This document shows, in pieces, positions 22,201-35,735 of a DNA stretch of 64,000 nucleotides (positions are counted from its first letter, which is position 1; each line of letters begins with the position of its first letter). Under the pieces are notes generated by a model. The model worked only from the letters and a program-made list of their open reading frames with translations, ran no database searches and was not told the origin of the DNA. Both the position numbers and the translations under genes were made by a program. Where the stretch lies: contig NC_087378.1 of assembly GCF_963675165.1 (NCBI RefSeq), positions 206,562-270,561 on the forward strand. The letters are read 5' to 3'. This stretch comes from Halichondria panicea. Lineage: Eukaryota.

Positions 22201-23067
22201 TGCAAGTTAGTCTCTATCTCATATCCGCCATTCACAGTATACAAACATGTCATTGCATACCTCTTCAGTTCTTTGTATTCGCTGTTCCAAATCTTGTTGC
22301 TGCTCGTCCAACTGGTTACCCGAAGAGTCCACCCTATGAACAAAATTAATATTCCAATAATTGTCACCATGGTATATAAATGGCTAGGGAACCACTTACC
22401 ATATAAAGGAGTTTCTTCCCAGCTTCTGACCTGGTACACAGCCCATGTGCTTCACCTCAATCTTCAAGTTGTCATGTGATTTGAGGACCAAGACGGCCGA
22501 GCTGTGAGAGAGCCGATCGAAGCTGATCCCGTTCACACACACGATTTGGTCCCCGGTTTCCAACCCACTTTGTTCTGCTACTGAGAATGCATCTACGTGT
22601 GATACAAATATCCCGAGATTGTGCTCCCTGCCTCCCCTGATACTGAACCCCAGTGATGAGCCAGGACTACGCTGAAGAGTGATAATCCTTGAAGATGGAG
22701 ACTCTTGCGTCTGCAAACCTCCATTGCCACTCGCAACTCTGCCGTTGACTGGTTTGCCCAGCAAGTCATTTGATTTTCGGTCCACTTTGTGAGGATGTGC
22801 CATTCGATTATACGGAGCAAGATTGTCAAATCGTTTTTTGTCGTGCTTAGGAATAAGGTCTCTGACATATGGCAGAAGGTCCAACTTGTCTGGTGTATCG
22901 AGGCAAGAATTGAGAGCTAGCATCAGTTTGGCCACGCTCTTGTAAGTGTTGTACTCCTTCATAGCATAGAACAGGTAGTCCTTGTCTTCAGGTGTGAGCA
23001 GCTGGTCGACTGTTCTCTGGAATTCCCGTATGTGGACAGCCTTCTCAACATCTTTACGGGCAGACAT
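19274..23067 (-). CDS. WHRN: Whirlin-like scaffold gene (HHD1-PDZ1-PDZ2-HHD2-Pro/Ser-rich-PDZ3), multi-exon, gene span
   Basis: ATG at 23067 on the minus strand. First exon 22400-23067 encodes the HHD1 domain (YNTYKSVAKLMLALNSCLDTPDKLDLLPYVRDLIP) followed by PDZ1 (RIITLQRSPGSSLGFSIRGGREHNLGIFVSHVDAFSVAEQSGLETGDQIVCVNG). PDZ2 exons lie at about 21817-22200 (RSLGFSVRGGAEYSLGIYVS | RVDKGSPSEESGLKVGDQIMDINGHSF). The Pro/Ser-rich region is at about 21339-21640, and HHD2-like exons at about 20690-21282 (DITEFVDELIPLLNTPDKLRLLNDVR). The PDZ3 exons are 19795-19967, 19601-19698 (MAIKGGSDTPYKNVYVRELREGGAVHKDGFVQ) and 19274-19417 (PGYEVVQVDEQRIRGRTYTEAMEAI...*). The domain order matches whirlin/PDZD7. 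Confidence 0.7.
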
Positions 23068-23343
23068 TGCTGTGCAAAGAGAAAGAGCCCCACCCCTTTA
23101 CTTGTGTTGTGAAAAATGCAAATTATGGCCACACAGTCTAGTCTAGAGAGCTAATCAGAGAGTGCTTGCTAGACCTAGTTGAGTAGTTGGCTACAAGAAT
23201 AATGCACAGTCAAACTTACCTTGAATCTTGCCTCTCTTTGCTAGAATATGAAACTTGCTTGCAGAAAAGGGGTGTGTCTTGTTAGCTGCAGCAACTCCAA
23301 AAGGAGGTGGGGCTCGTTCTTACTAGTCACATGATAGAGAAAG

Positions 23344-25887
23344 ATGGCAAGCAAGTGGCTGCTCTTCACTGCTCTTATTCTTGCTCTTAACAGCTTCAGC
23401 TATGCTGCAGAATGCAGTGGGAAGGTAGATAATTTGCTCATTCATTGGCTAGAAATAATTGTCTTGAACATGTGAAGTTGTTAATTTTTTGCTAAACCTA
23501 TCTACCTCAGCTCTGCTATTTTTCTGCAGCCTAGCCCCACTGCTCAGCCCAATGTGAACCCAATACAAACTGCTCCTCCAAAGTTTGTCAAGAGTGTTAA
23601 GAATGGGAAGCTGTACACGGTTGGAGTTGGAGAGGACATGATCAACGTGGTGCATGTCTGGGGTACGGTATGTAGCTCTGGATGCCAGTAACTACTAACA
23701 TGCAAAATAGTGTGTACTCTACATTGCTAGCTAATCTGTAATGTTCTTGCAAAAACCTGTTTTGAACAGAAAACGTACCAGATAAAATCAGATAACAATA
23801 GTTTTCTAATGCATGTGTTCGTTCTTTAGGTACTCCTTATGAAATGGGCTATGCACATGGAGAGCTGTTGACAGAGAAGGCACAAAGCATGCTCAACAGT
23901 GTGTGGGGGTATCTGGAGCAACAAATAGTAAGTTCTCACTCACTCTTACACTCAGACCGGCCGTCTACTGATATTTAGAGTTAATAACTGTCTTACAATT
24001 TTAGAAAGATGCAATTGATGGGAAAGTTGATTTCATCCCAAAGTGGTTCCTCAATGATGTTGCCAACTTGGGGTGAGTTGCCCCTCTATGTCTAATTATT
24101 GAGCGACAACTGTGCACACTCTGTGTCTGCAGATTGGACGCAGCCTTGGGCCTCGAGTATGAGATCACCAACCATTACACTGGCAAGTACTTTGAGGAGG
24201 AGATCCAGGGACTGGCAGCTGCTTCTGGAGTTGACGTGAAGGTAAGAACCAATCGAGTCTCAATACTTCATACTTCAAATGTCTGTTAATTATTTCAGAA
24301 AATCCGTGATATTCACATGATTGGAGAGCTAACGTGAGTCTATGCCTACAGAGTTTTTTGGATCACAATACTGTGTCCCCATTCCAGGAAGGGGTCTTGT
24401 TCCATGTTTGGTGCCAATGGTTCAGCCACACCTGATGGTGGGCTACTGCAGCTCAGAGCACTAGACTGGAATGTGGACGGTAAGTGTATGGTTATCGGAC
24501 ATCTGGACTTATTTCGACTACTGCCCCCCCCCAGGTCCATTCAAGAACTACCCCCAAATCACTGTGTACCATCCCAATGTTGGAAATGGTCATGCCTTTG
24601 CTAACATTGGATGGACAGGCTGGATTGGATCAATCACTGGTGATTTTGCAAAATTAATGCTATCACTACTGTCATCACTCATTGCCTACTCTGATCTGAA
24701 GGTGTTTCCTCTGAGAAGATAGCTATCTCAGAGATTGGAGTGTCTTTTCCTGACGATACTTTCGGAAAGGAATCGAGATTTGGCATCCCCTTCACAGTGA
24801 GTGTGTGGTGCTGCCTCTTGATCGTTTTTTGCATGCTAATTTTATTCTCATTTCTTATTTCCCTTTTAGTATATCTTGAGGGATATTCTTCAGTTTGACG
24901 TTAGCCTTCAGGATGCCATGAAGAGACTGTCCTCAGCTGATCGCACATGTGATCTTATTCTGGGTGTGGGAGATGGAAAGGTTTGTGTGTGTGGCTGAAT
25001 ATCTTAATGGTCAAGTGCTTGTCTGTATGCTGCTGATAAAGACTACAGTCATGACTCTATAGAGAAGTTAATCAGGTTGTCAGACCTTTACAGCTAAGAG
25101 GGGTCTAATTTTGCTCCCCCCCCCCCTCCAGGATAGCGAGTTCCGTGGTGTAGAGTACTCTCATTCTGTGGCCAACTTCTTCACCTCTGACAACCTCAAA
25201 CCCACTGCTGACTGGCACCCCATGATCAGAGATATCGTCTACTGGGGTACGTGCATGCATGCACAGGTGGAATGATGGGCGCCCTGTAGCCACTAGTAGT
25301 TCTGATTCTGTACAAATAATTCCAAGTATCTTATCAGCAAAGACAATCAGTGTCTCTCTTAGGATCCTAGTTAATGTGTTGTTCACACCTTTTCAGATAC
25401 CCATTCCAACCTAATCACACAGCTATCTTTGCCTACGTATGTAGTTACTACAAAATTACCACTTATTTGACTTTACTTGTATGTAGGAATGGACTGGTTG
25501 TGTCCTGGCTACAGCGTAGTGCTGGCCAGGCAACTCACTGCCTACCATGGCAACATCACAGCTGCTAACACTATTCAATACGTGGTACCCATCGTACAGA
25601 CGGGGGACCTTCACGTTGCAGTGTACGACCTGCCCAACGAGGTGCTGTATGTGGCCAACGCTAGAGCTGATGATGAGACTGGACCCAACATGGCCTATGA
25701 CAGGTGCGTATAAGTATTGTATTAACGTGAGTCATGTGATGTAATCATAATTATGCATGCTACATTGTAGCTGCTGTGTATCGTACAGCCTTTGTGTTAA
25801 TACCCCCCCTCCCTTCCTTCCTCATGCAGAGCCTTCATTCGAATGGACATGGCCACAGTGTTCAGTGAGCAGCCACCGTCCCCCTGA
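23344..25887 (+). CDS. Secreted N-terminal-nucleophile hydrolase, peptidase C45 / acyl-CoA:6-APA acyltransferase-like (Cys nucleophile in KGSCSMFGANG); 13 exons
   Basis: Signal peptide MASKWLLFTALILALNSFSYA. Exons at about 23344-23424, 23530-23662, 23830-23927, 24005-24072, 24133-24241, 24299-24333, 24388-24477, 24535-24639, 24702-24796, 24870-24980, 25132-25246, 25496-25703 and 25830-25887, all with GT-AG boundaries and consistent phases. The YEMGYAHGELL motif fits the AAT/C45 family. Confidence 0.6.
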
Positions 25888-26056
25888 ACTCTGAACTTTA
25901 TATAATTATAATGACTAAATTGTTATAATTTGACAGTAAGACAGGTTGCCATGGTAATTTAAATAATTTGTTTTTTACTTGATTGTGTTTATTTCAAAAA
26001 CAAAGTATGACACACTACTGGTGATATATAGATTGTTCACATGATAAGTTCTGTTG

Positions 26057-28346
26057 TCAAAGTGTTAGTCTCCGAATGAAATTGCTCGAAATCTGTACAC
26101 AAGGAAAATGAGCATCACAATTATAAATGAATACAGTACGTGCATTAGAGTCACCTTTTAGGGGGGGGTGGTCCATCGAGTGCGAGTGATGAGAAATCGT
26201 TGGTGCTCCCCTCCAGAGATTCCTGGTCCAGAAACTGAGAAAAGCCTGCAACTGTGGGACAAACAGACAGTCAGCTACTAGCACTATATGATTATGGTAG
26301 AACATTACCTGGACCTTCCAAATCTGGTGTTCTTAACTGTAGGAGGAAAACAATAAATCATACTAGGTAGATGAGATGATGTTGATTCAGTAGCTAAGAG
26401 ATGGTGTATTGTACACATCCACTCACAGGTAAGACATTGTCCGTGTTGGTGTGCTCCAGTACTGTGTCCAATGAGATCTCCTGTTCTCCAGTGCTCTCAG
26501 GGTCAAGGTCCGGAGGCCAAAGGTCAGGAGACTCGCTCCTTCTCTGCTTCTTTGATGCTGGAGCTTTGTTGGGTGGATTCTGCAGAGACAGAGATAATAA
26601 CACTAGCCTTAGGGCAACAATACATAAAGCTAGAAAAACACGAACGCACAATATAAGTCGTCACAGGAGAACACGTAGACAAACATAAACCCTGGTAAGA
26701 CTATTCTGATACCATACAAGAAAGTGTGTAAATAAGAGATTTGGACATTACAGCTCTTAAGAGCTTCAGAATGTCAGACACCAAATCATTGGAGCCTTAC
26801 ATAATCACTCACCGTTAGTCTCTGGTACTCGTGAGTGGTCTCGCTAATCTCCTCCTGCAAGTAGCGGACGAACCCCTGTACACTGTCCTGCCAGTACTTG
26901 TCCAGACCTCTCCTCCCCCTCACTCCGATCTGGTGCAGAGACTGATCCAATACGTCTGCAAAGGCAGTCCCTCCGTTCTCCAGAGCCTGGTCAGCATTAA
27001 CTCGCATGACTTTAGTGAGGTTCTGCAGGCAGTCTCCAAGCACAGTAGACAATGTGTCCAATGCTTGAGAGGAGGAATCTGCAAGTATGTAGTGCAGTAC
27101 ATACCATTACAATAACAGCTAGGATCACAAGTATGCAACGTGGACTTAGCATTTTGGTTAGCATGACAACAACCATATTTGAACACTCAAAGTAAAATTA
27201 GTAAGTAATTTATTTGGAGGCTAGTTGGTAAAAATATCATTGTCCACAAGGTACGTGTACTTACCGTCATATCCGGAGTAAGCACAGGTGGCAGCTGTAG
27301 CCTTCCTCAAGAGCTTGTGCAAAGATTGCTCATCCAGTGGAACAGCCTCCACTCTAGGAGGCGGGGTTTCCGTGCAACCTCTCTTAGACACAAGTGAGGC
27401 AGGATGGTAGAATCGGACTGGGGCTTCTGGAATGGAGTCAACGAATACTTTGGAATGAGCATCTGAGAGTACTGACTTGACGTGTCTGTTGTGTAGTTGA
27501 AGATCTATACAGTGAAGGGGCAGGTTAGAGCCATGTCTGTCTCGGGGGAAGTCACAGGAGCTCACTGCACTGTAGGGAGGGGTAGGCAGTTATGGTAGAC
27601 GGCATACATTCAACTACCATAACAAGCATAGAAAAGTAGGGATAGTCTGAAAGTAAGTATCATGTGGACTGAGATTTTGTACTTCTTTCTGTTACAGAGG
27701 CTGTACTTTTTGGAAGGCTCTCCTATTGATTTGGAGTGTGTCGTGGGTGTATGTAGTTTAGGCACAGCACAGACCAGTTTGCCTGCCCTCCAGCCGTTAC
27801 GCCACAACGGTTTAGTGTCCTGCCTCCCTCCTGAGTCCACACCCGCCAGTACAAACCCACCTAAGTAGAGCACACAGTGGACACAATATAACAACGAGTT
27901 AGTGATGTGTGCATACATATCACATTAGCAAGTGGATGATAACAAAACGACTTAATTGCAGAGCAATAAGTTGGGAGCATAGTTCAAAGGTACACCAGCT
28001 ATAATATTTACAAACATTGTCCATTGAGTTTTGCAAAGCAACCATGAGAACGGAATGTGCTAGTTGCAAAGAATGCTACCACGCAAACATCACCACACTG
28101 TGTCAGTGAACACATACCCGGCGGCCTTGTGTTAAGTGTGGGAGGCTTAACACTGGTCATTGACGTGTCTCTATGTGCTGTGGGCATTCGGGTGGTTTGT
28201 GGTAATGGAGCACTCTCAAAAATTATAGTTCCCACGGCTGGATTGCTTGGTTCCCTAGTGAGCTCCTTCTCCCTTCTCTTGTGACCACTCTTGTGAGCGT
28301 GAGGTCCCCCATGGTCTTGACGGTAGCTACTGCCTCCTCCATACAT
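26057..28346 (-). CDS. Multi-exon gene of unknown function (exons about 28113-28346, about 27263-27580, about 26815-27073, about 26432-26578, about 26057-26260)
   Basis: Minus-strand open frames are joined by GT-AG sites (donors ccgg|GTATGT, atgacg|GTAAGT, taacg|GTGAGT, ttacct|GTGAGT). Peptides include MYGGGSSYRQDHGGPHAHKSGHKRREKELTREPSNPAVGTIIFES... and ...DTLSTVLGDCLQNLTKVMRVNADQALENGGTAFADVLDQSLHQIGV... No family was recognised. Confidence 0.4.
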
Positions 28347-28525
28347 CTCCTCTCTGGGATTAGGTTTTCAATATTTCTTGAACTTTGGAGACTGGTGACG
28401 AATAATTAGGGATTAAGTCAGTAGTCGACCTTTACCAGGTGTACTATCATGTAATGTGTGTGTGTACGTGTGTGTGTCCATAGATCTATGGTGTGTCTCT
28501 GTGTGTGTACGACAGAAGACTGTTG

Positions 28526-28848
28526 ATGGCCTCTCCTAGAACTCCAGAGAATAATATCACCCCTCCTCCATTTCCCAAGGTCAGGAAGCAAAAGTCTCCA
28601 AGTGCTTGCACTCCAAGTGATTTTGAAACTTCAGAAGAAAAAAAGATAACAAATTATGTTCAAGCGATACTGGAAGATGTGATGATTGATTATCAGGTAT
28701 TATTAAAATGTCAAACTCATTCTATGGGGTCGTATTTTAATTCCATATAGGCGAACATTGCGGCTTTTGGTGATTGTGAAAAGAAAGCGTCAAGAAAAAG
28801 AATAAAAGCTATTGCTGACCAAATGGAAGAGGACTCGTGGATGTACTA
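28526..28848 (+). CDS. Small 2-exon gene (exons 28526-28696 and 28751-28848) encoding an acidic protein of about 89 aa (MASPRTPENNITPPPFPKVRKQKSPSACTPSDFETSEEKKITNYVQAILEDVMIDYQ|ANIAAFGDCEKKASRKRIKAIADQMEEDSWMY*)
   Basis: ATG at 28526, donor cag|GTATTA, acceptor ccatatag|GCG, TAA at 28846. Confidence 0.45.
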
Positions 28849-29990
28849 ACTATGTTATGTGTGTGTGTGGGTGTGTCTCTGTTCACTTATAAATTATCTA
28901 TATTATCTATTATCTGGTTGTGAACAAAAAATTAATAATAATTACTGATTTCACATGTTTGACATTTCGTGTCTACGTATAATTGGATAATTGACAAAGA
29001 ATTTTGGTATTAGGTTTTGTAACAGAAAATGTTGCAGCTAAGATGAAGCTTTCTAGCTAGCTAAGAGGTGTCTATGTGTATCAGAGAAATCCAAAGAAAT
29101 CATAGTATTGCTACCACTGAGTTATTACCTATCAGAGAGAGTACCAATCGCCGAATATCTGTGCGTACGTACAGAGAGCTAGAGACTAAACTGAGCTAAG
29201 AAGTGAGTTGAGTTGCAGGTGTAGCTAGCTACTGCATGAGCTACTAAACTAACTGTATGTATTCAATAGTGCTAATGGCTGTAATCTGAACCACTAACGT
29301 GATGGTATTATTTGTGGCTAGATTGGCTGTTTGAGCTTATAGCTTTGTTTATTAAAATAGAGACGAGGCTAGGCTAGGCTGTGAGTAGTTGATTTTGCAT
29401 CCATGCATTCAAGATTGCTTGTACTGCAATGCACCCACTAGCTAGCTGCACACTGCATTGCATGCGTACAAGAACATTAATATGGTGGGTCAGTATTGTA
29501 GCATTGTTGCATGGTGTTTCCAAGGTGGATTGATTCAATGTGTTAATGTGACATCAAAGTAAGGTGTATGATTCTAGTGTGTTCATTGGTATTAATATGA
29601 ATCATTTGCATTGTTCTAGGGAAATAATTATGATAATGGTGATTATGTTCGCATGTTAGATCGTGCCATGTTGACACTAACTATAGGCTAGGCTGTGCTC
29701 AGAAACATGGCTCTTAGACTAGCGCTATAGTACTAGTGAGTAGGTTGTCGCCTTTGTCTGAAAACACGGTGACAAACTTCCGCTCACTCACGTTATGCAT
29801 ACCACAAACCATGTTCACATTCTGCATACATAACAACACTCTGTTAGTGGGATTGCTCTCCCATGTTGCGTACACATTTCTGGCATTTTCCTTGAGTTCC
29901 TAAGTCAGTTAGCCGTAGAGATAGTCATGTACAACTAGTTACCAGTTCTCGGTTCACTGCTACTATTTCTCGTGCTCTAGGCTGCCTATC

Positions 29991-30183
29991 ATGGAACTAA
30001 TGATGAGAAGAGCGGCTCAGGTCCACAACAGAGGAGGGTCACAGAGCCCCAGGGTTGAGTACTTGGAACAGACAGCCCATTCCGTTGAAGTACGGAGAGA
30101 GATGACTGAGAAAGGAGACTTAGGGAGCTATGGATTCATCCTGGTCCAAGAGAGACCTCCCATTGTGGGCACCATTGTACCAG
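29991..30183 (+). CDS. RGS12: RGS12-like exon 1: start codon and N-terminal half of the PDZ domain (DLGSYGFILVQERPPIVGTIVPG)
   Basis: ATG at 29991, donor cag|GTAAGC in phase 1. Confidence 0.7.
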
Positions 30184-31418
30184 GTAAGCAATGACTGGGT
30201 CATGTGGAATGCTTTAGTCTGCATAGTTGATTGTGTGTGTGCAATTCTCCCTAAATTGCAATGAGCTAAGCTAGCCATGAAAGGTTTTGTATTAAGCTTG
30301 TGTGAATGGAGACAATTACTACGTTAGGTGTTCCTTGAATCAACACTTTGAGTGCTGAGTGCATTTGGGATGCTGTGTTCATGTTTCACTTGCCCTTTCC
30401 ATTCCTGTAACCCGTGTGTACTGTAGTGACCGTTTTATGGTCAGCTTTGCAGTGCACACTCCTTTTGTGGCAAGACCATCTAGAACTTTGCGTTTAGTTG
30501 ATTAGACCACTTGTTCCTTGTTAGGAGTCCATTTCTCTGCAGCTCTTCTTGTAGCCACAACAGAGCGTGCATTCTTGTGGCTTTATAGCAACTGCTCCTA
30601 TAATAGGATTTATGTGCACATCAAAGGATTTGAGTAAAAATGGTCATCCCTTGATTAGATTTACAGTTCCACTGTGGCACTTCAAAGGACTTGTGGTTTG
30701 CATTGCATATAAGTACTGAGTATATAATCAGGGACTCCAAGAGGCATATATACCATTGCTTTGATGTGGTTGTTTACCTACTTGTAGCTGGCAGGATATG
30801 ATAATAACTTCTTTATTAGTGGGTAATGTCTTAACTAGCTGCCAAGCTTGTACTGAAACATAGGGTTTGATCAGTTAGTATTATTTTCAGCAGCACTTTA
30901 GTGTTTATGGGTGTGTATATTGAGCAATTAAAATGTAGTGCCTAGAGAATTCTTGTCTTGTATGTTTTTTGCACGTGACATATGCCATACCATTGTAGGG
31001 TGTTGGTACTCAGCAATGGGCCATTAAGCACTTACCACATACCCCCCTGCTTGAGTGGCTTGGGAAAGCTGTACACCAGAGTGGTGTTGGGTGTTATAGC
31101 ATCATATAGCTCCGGCCCACTCAACTATAGCCTCTGTGTGTGTGTGTGTGTGTATGTGTGCAGTGTTTGTGTGTATGGAGTGTTTGTTATTGGCCACTGC
31201 ATATATTCTATAGGTAAAGGTAAAGAGTACATTCTTTATTATGTATGTGTGCATTCTGAATGATGTGTGGGCTACTGTATTGGTAGCTATGAAAGGACAG
31301 ACAAGATAAACAATTTTCTGCTTTGAAGTTGAACCTTATCACTTCACTGTTACACCACAAATGTAGCGTAACAAGCTGAATACATTATCATATGTTATGT
31401 TACCCCCCCCCCTTCCAG

Positions 31419-33409
31419 GTGGCCCCGCTGACAGAGCTGGTCTCAAAAAGAATGAAGTGGTCGTCGCAGTCAACAACAATGACATTACAAACTTTTCCCA
31501 TCAAGATGTCGTCGGTCTGATAGCCAACAACCCTAGTCCCGGTATCTGGCTGACCGTCTGTGAGCCTGTTGAAGCACCTCGAATGAATGTCCGCCATTAC
31601 GACACTCCCCCTCAAGCTCCATCATTTGGCCGAGTGTCTAGTCTGGGCACGCTCTCCATGAGTCAGAGCACACCCATGATCAATAGAGGTAACTTCTCCG
31701 AGCCTCGAAGGATCTATGCGAACGATGACTCCCCCCCTCCGAGGTATTCTGAAACCCCCATGAACCAGCCGCGTGTCATGAACAAATCTCCACACTCAGT
31801 GACAGCATCTTCCATCAATGTGTCCCCGCTAACGCACGTGTACAAGTCAAATGGTTTGAGCAGCAGCGACCAAAGCTTCCCCCAGCGCATCTCCTCCCCC
31901 ACACCTTCCCCCAGTGCTTTCACAAGTGCCAATGTCCTCGTGCTATACATAGGAGCGGTCGAGATTCCCCTGACCTGGAGAGTACGAGAACTAAGCTCAA
32001 GATGCTTGCAAGAGTGCACACGACAATTGCTGAGTCAGCGACAAGAGTTCCTCGAAGTTTTCCTCGAAGTGAATTTGAAATCGCTTAAAGTTTTGAAAGT
32101 CGATCAAATGCCGTTGTTTGTTCATCCCAGAGAGGAACTGTTCTATTGTGGAGTTTGCACAAACGATGAGCAATACTTTGGTGTGGTCACCAAGAAGGAA
32201 CAGAAAGGGAGCAGAAAGGGCAACCAGAGCAATGGCCAACAACCCAGGGCTCACATGTGCCATGTCTTCAAAGTCATGCAGTCAAAGAGCGTGCTCGTCC
32301 TTAAAACAGGAGACCAAAAATCCAATCAAAAAAGCAAAACAATTCCAATGACTACAGTCAAGCCCAAGACCATTCCAATCGTGTCTTGTGTAACCATCAT
32401 CAATGCTCTACAAGGCCTCTTCACCTCCAACGATCTAGGCGGTAGCAAGTTATTCTCTGAGTCATCTTCTCTTCGTGGCAGTACTTCTGATCAGAGCCTC
32501 AAAGTTGGCCCAAGTCTCTCTTCTTTCAGTTCTGGAGGCAGCAGCAGTGAGAGCATATCAAGCCATGACAAGTTGAAAACGAAATTAGATGTTGTTGATT
32601 TGCGGCCAGCGGCTTTCTCCCCGAAATCACGCTCACTCCTCACCCAGTCTCTGCCAACGTCTAACCCAAACATGTACGTCGCCCCCCCTCAACATTCACG
32701 CACATTCAGTAAAGAAGAGTTCCTCCCAGCCCCTGTGACTAACTCCCCCTTGATTAACCAAAGACGAAATAGTTCGCAACACACTCGCTCTTTCAGTAAA
32801 GAGGACTTCCCCCTAGCCTCTGTGGCTACCCCGGCCTTTATTAACCAACGACGAAACAGTAGTGCTGGAAGCTGGTACACTGCTGACTCACCTAAAGAGA
32901 ATCACCATTCAAGAGAAAACAGTTGGGAGTCAAAAGACAGACCCACCTCAGGAAACTATGAAAAGTACACAGTCCATGTGCCCCAAACACAGTACACAAC
33001 GAGTGGGTCCTCTGGAGGGAGGACCAGTGGTGGCTCTGGAAAGCAGAATTTCGGAACTCAGGGCTTTGATCATCTCTCAAGAAAAGTTTCTGATGATAGC
33101 AGTATATCATTAAGTCTCTCTGACCCTCGGGACAGCCCCACAAAACTCGGATTCAAGTCTCGAAGTCGGTCTGGATCTCCCAGTCCCCCTCAAAGCCTCA
33201 GCTACTCGTCAGGCAGTGGTTCCCCTACTCCATTGAGAAGACAACGCTCCCCAAGCCCTGGCCCTGTACCTCATGCTCCTCGCTATCATACCCCGGCTGT
33301 TTCCAAGCTGTCGTCAGGCCTAGCATTGGAGAGCTCACGATCAAGGCTCTACCGACCTGTCAGTCCAGTGGGATCTTATCGAGGCTCCAGGATGCCTCTT
33401 AAGAGACAG
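31419..33409 (+). CDS. RGS12: RGS12-like exon 2 (about 2 kb): second PDZ half, PTB/PID-like domain, long Ser/Pro-rich disordered region
   Basis: Acceptor ccttccag|GT in phase 1. GPADRAGLKKNEVVVAVNNNDITNFSHQDVVGLIAN completes the PDZ domain. The PTB-like segment reads ...LYIGAVEIPLTWRVRELSSRCLQECTRQLL...HMCHVFKV... Donor cag|GTGAGT at 33410. Confidence 0.75.
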
Positions 33410-35462
33410 GTGAGTTGCGGCACTATACTCGTGCTCGTGTAAATGTAGAATTCCTTTAATTAGAGCGTTGAATGTAGCCATGAACATATAATTGTCGTGC
33501 GTAATAAGTGTGTGTGATGCTAATACCTGAACCTCGTCATATGTAGCTATGACAAGAATGCGCTCTGTCAATACGCACTTCCCTTTTCAATCAAGAGCAT
33601 TATCGTGTTATCTGCATATGTGTCGCTAATGTCATATCATGTTGCTAGGCTCTGTGATAGCTAAGGGCTATTGTTCTCACCACTGTCTTACAGATAAGCT
33701 GTGTTTTGTTACTGTATTGGTATATCCATAGCTACATGTGTTCGTATCTGGTGGGTGTTGCGTGGGTGTATGTACCAGCCTTGTGTACCCTAATACAGTG
33801 TCTGCAACATGTACATGTACAGCTTTAATATGCTTTGATAGACATTGTATATTAGGAGGTGAAGGCGATGTGTTGTTTGTTAATTCCCTTATAATTATGC
33901 CTCGAGGCGATTAATCTTATAAGCTGTATAGTGTCTGCTATAATATTTGCTGTGCCTGGTCTCGAACCATTGATGGCTCACGTCCTTAAGTGTGAAACCC
34001 ATCAGCTGCATATTAACATTCCTGTCTATTCTGTCTATTCTGGCTCACCTTGGTGACGACCTTGACTGCCATTGAAAGCTGGCTCTATAGCTATTCAAAA
34101 TAGTTGTCTTGTCTTTCCTCTCGAATGATAATGATCCTACTAAGAAACTATTGCTGTTGACTGTTGTTCGATCAACAAAGGCCCACGTAGTTTGAACCGT
34201 GTGTACAGACCGAGAAATAGTTTTAAATTACCAAATTGATGTTATCAGTACCCCCCTAAGTCAGGAATGCATAGGAATGATAACTCTAGGGTATCCGACC
34301 TTACTGTTTGGTGAGCGACCTATCAAATTGCAGTCCTTGCTTATGTAGTCACATCTAGTGTGTTTGCGTCCGCTTGCATTCTACCTCAGGCAAATTTGAG
34401 ATAGTCAAAACTAATTGTGTTATGGTCTATTGAGATCTGTGTAGGATAAGTTGTTTGATTAATAGCCATAGCGATTTTGGAACAGGCATGCTGTGGGAGC
34501 CATACACCCACACTATAATATAACAATGGTAGGAACCTAGGGTTGTCATATCCTTACCTATTTCCAATCATCAGTGCTTTTCTGTGAACTCTCACCCACA
34601 CTGTCAGCTGTGTGTATAGCCAATGATTTCCTGTCATGATTCCCTTGCTGACCATTTGTTGGTACAAGATACTTTACACTACAAAGCTTAGTGCAAGGGT
34701 CAGGGGAAATGGAAGTGTTGGTTTGAAGCTTATAAAGCCCTGTTAGGAGAAGCTAGTTAGTTTGGGCTGTTTTACTCAAGATTGAAACTGAGTATATAAT
34801 GGAATTTTTCGTTTACTTCAAGGTTTGTATATAATGTGTGTACTGTGTTTGCAATGTATTGACCCAACTTATTTTTATCCTCTCCAGGGATCTGATAGCT
34901 CGATAATGGAAGCTCACGGTGAGTTCAAAAAATATGTTACGCAATGTGTGTGTGTGTAGCTTCTCCACATTTTTTTAATTATATGGTTACCAAGGGAAAA
35001 CTGTTACTGTTGGGAACCAGTTATTAGGACTTCTGTGTGTGTAATGTTAAAATTCCAAGCACTTGGCATGTGTATAATGGTATGTGTGTAGATCCTTAGT
35101 TATTGGAAAAAATGCCTTGGCTAGTGTTCAGGTATTTCATTGACGCTCGTGTCTTTGTACAGCATCTTTAGGTCAGCAAAACAAATTGTGAATCTTATTA
35201 AAGAGTGTCCCAAGATGTGGTGTTTTGGGTTATTCATTCGTGTTTATGGTTATTTATGAGTTGTATTAATGATATTCATATCCGAGCCTGTAAAGTGGGT
35301 GTTGGAGTGGAGTGTCACACGATGAATATGACAAATGTAAACAATAAAGACGTGTAATTAGTCACCAGGTGTGGGGGTGCTTGAACTGTTAATGACCCAA
35401 GATTAGAATATCATTACCGTGTGCACACACCCCCACACACACACTCACCCACACCCCCCCCC

Positions 35463-35465
<3 letters not shown>

Positions 35466-35539
<74 letters not shown>

Positions 35540-35547
35540 ACACACAG
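35466..35547. repeat. (CA)n microsatellite (about 40 units) in an RGS12-like intron
   Basis: Direct observation. Confidence 0.9.
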
Positions 35548-35576
35548 ATTATTCGTACCGTACGTCCATGCCACAG

Positions 35577-35735
35577 AAGAACACAGCACTGACTTCAAGC
35601 TTTGGTAGTGTTGCTACTCTCACCACTATAGCTGACGAGGAGGTCAATGATCCAGACGAGTGTGGTCGTGTTGGAGGCTGGGTGGCCTCCTTTGACAAGC
35701 TCCTTGAGGACCCCATGGGAGTGCAGTGTCTGCTG
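35577..35735 (+). CDS. RGS12: RGS12-like: RGS domain exon a (WVASFDKLLEDPMGVQCLL)
   Basis: Acceptor ccacag|AAG, donor ctg|GTGAGC. Confidence 0.75.

Noticed and set aside
31400-33143. Several 60-100 aa minus-strand open frames inside the RGS12-like 2-kb exon
   Set aside because: They are antisense to a well-supported long coding exon and have no splice or start context.
34888-34918. Candidate RGS12-like micro-exon (GSDSSIMEAH) with a good acceptor and GTGAGT donor
   Set aside because: It would end in phase 1, while the flanking exons (33409 end, 35577 start) are both phase 0. Including it breaks the reading frame.
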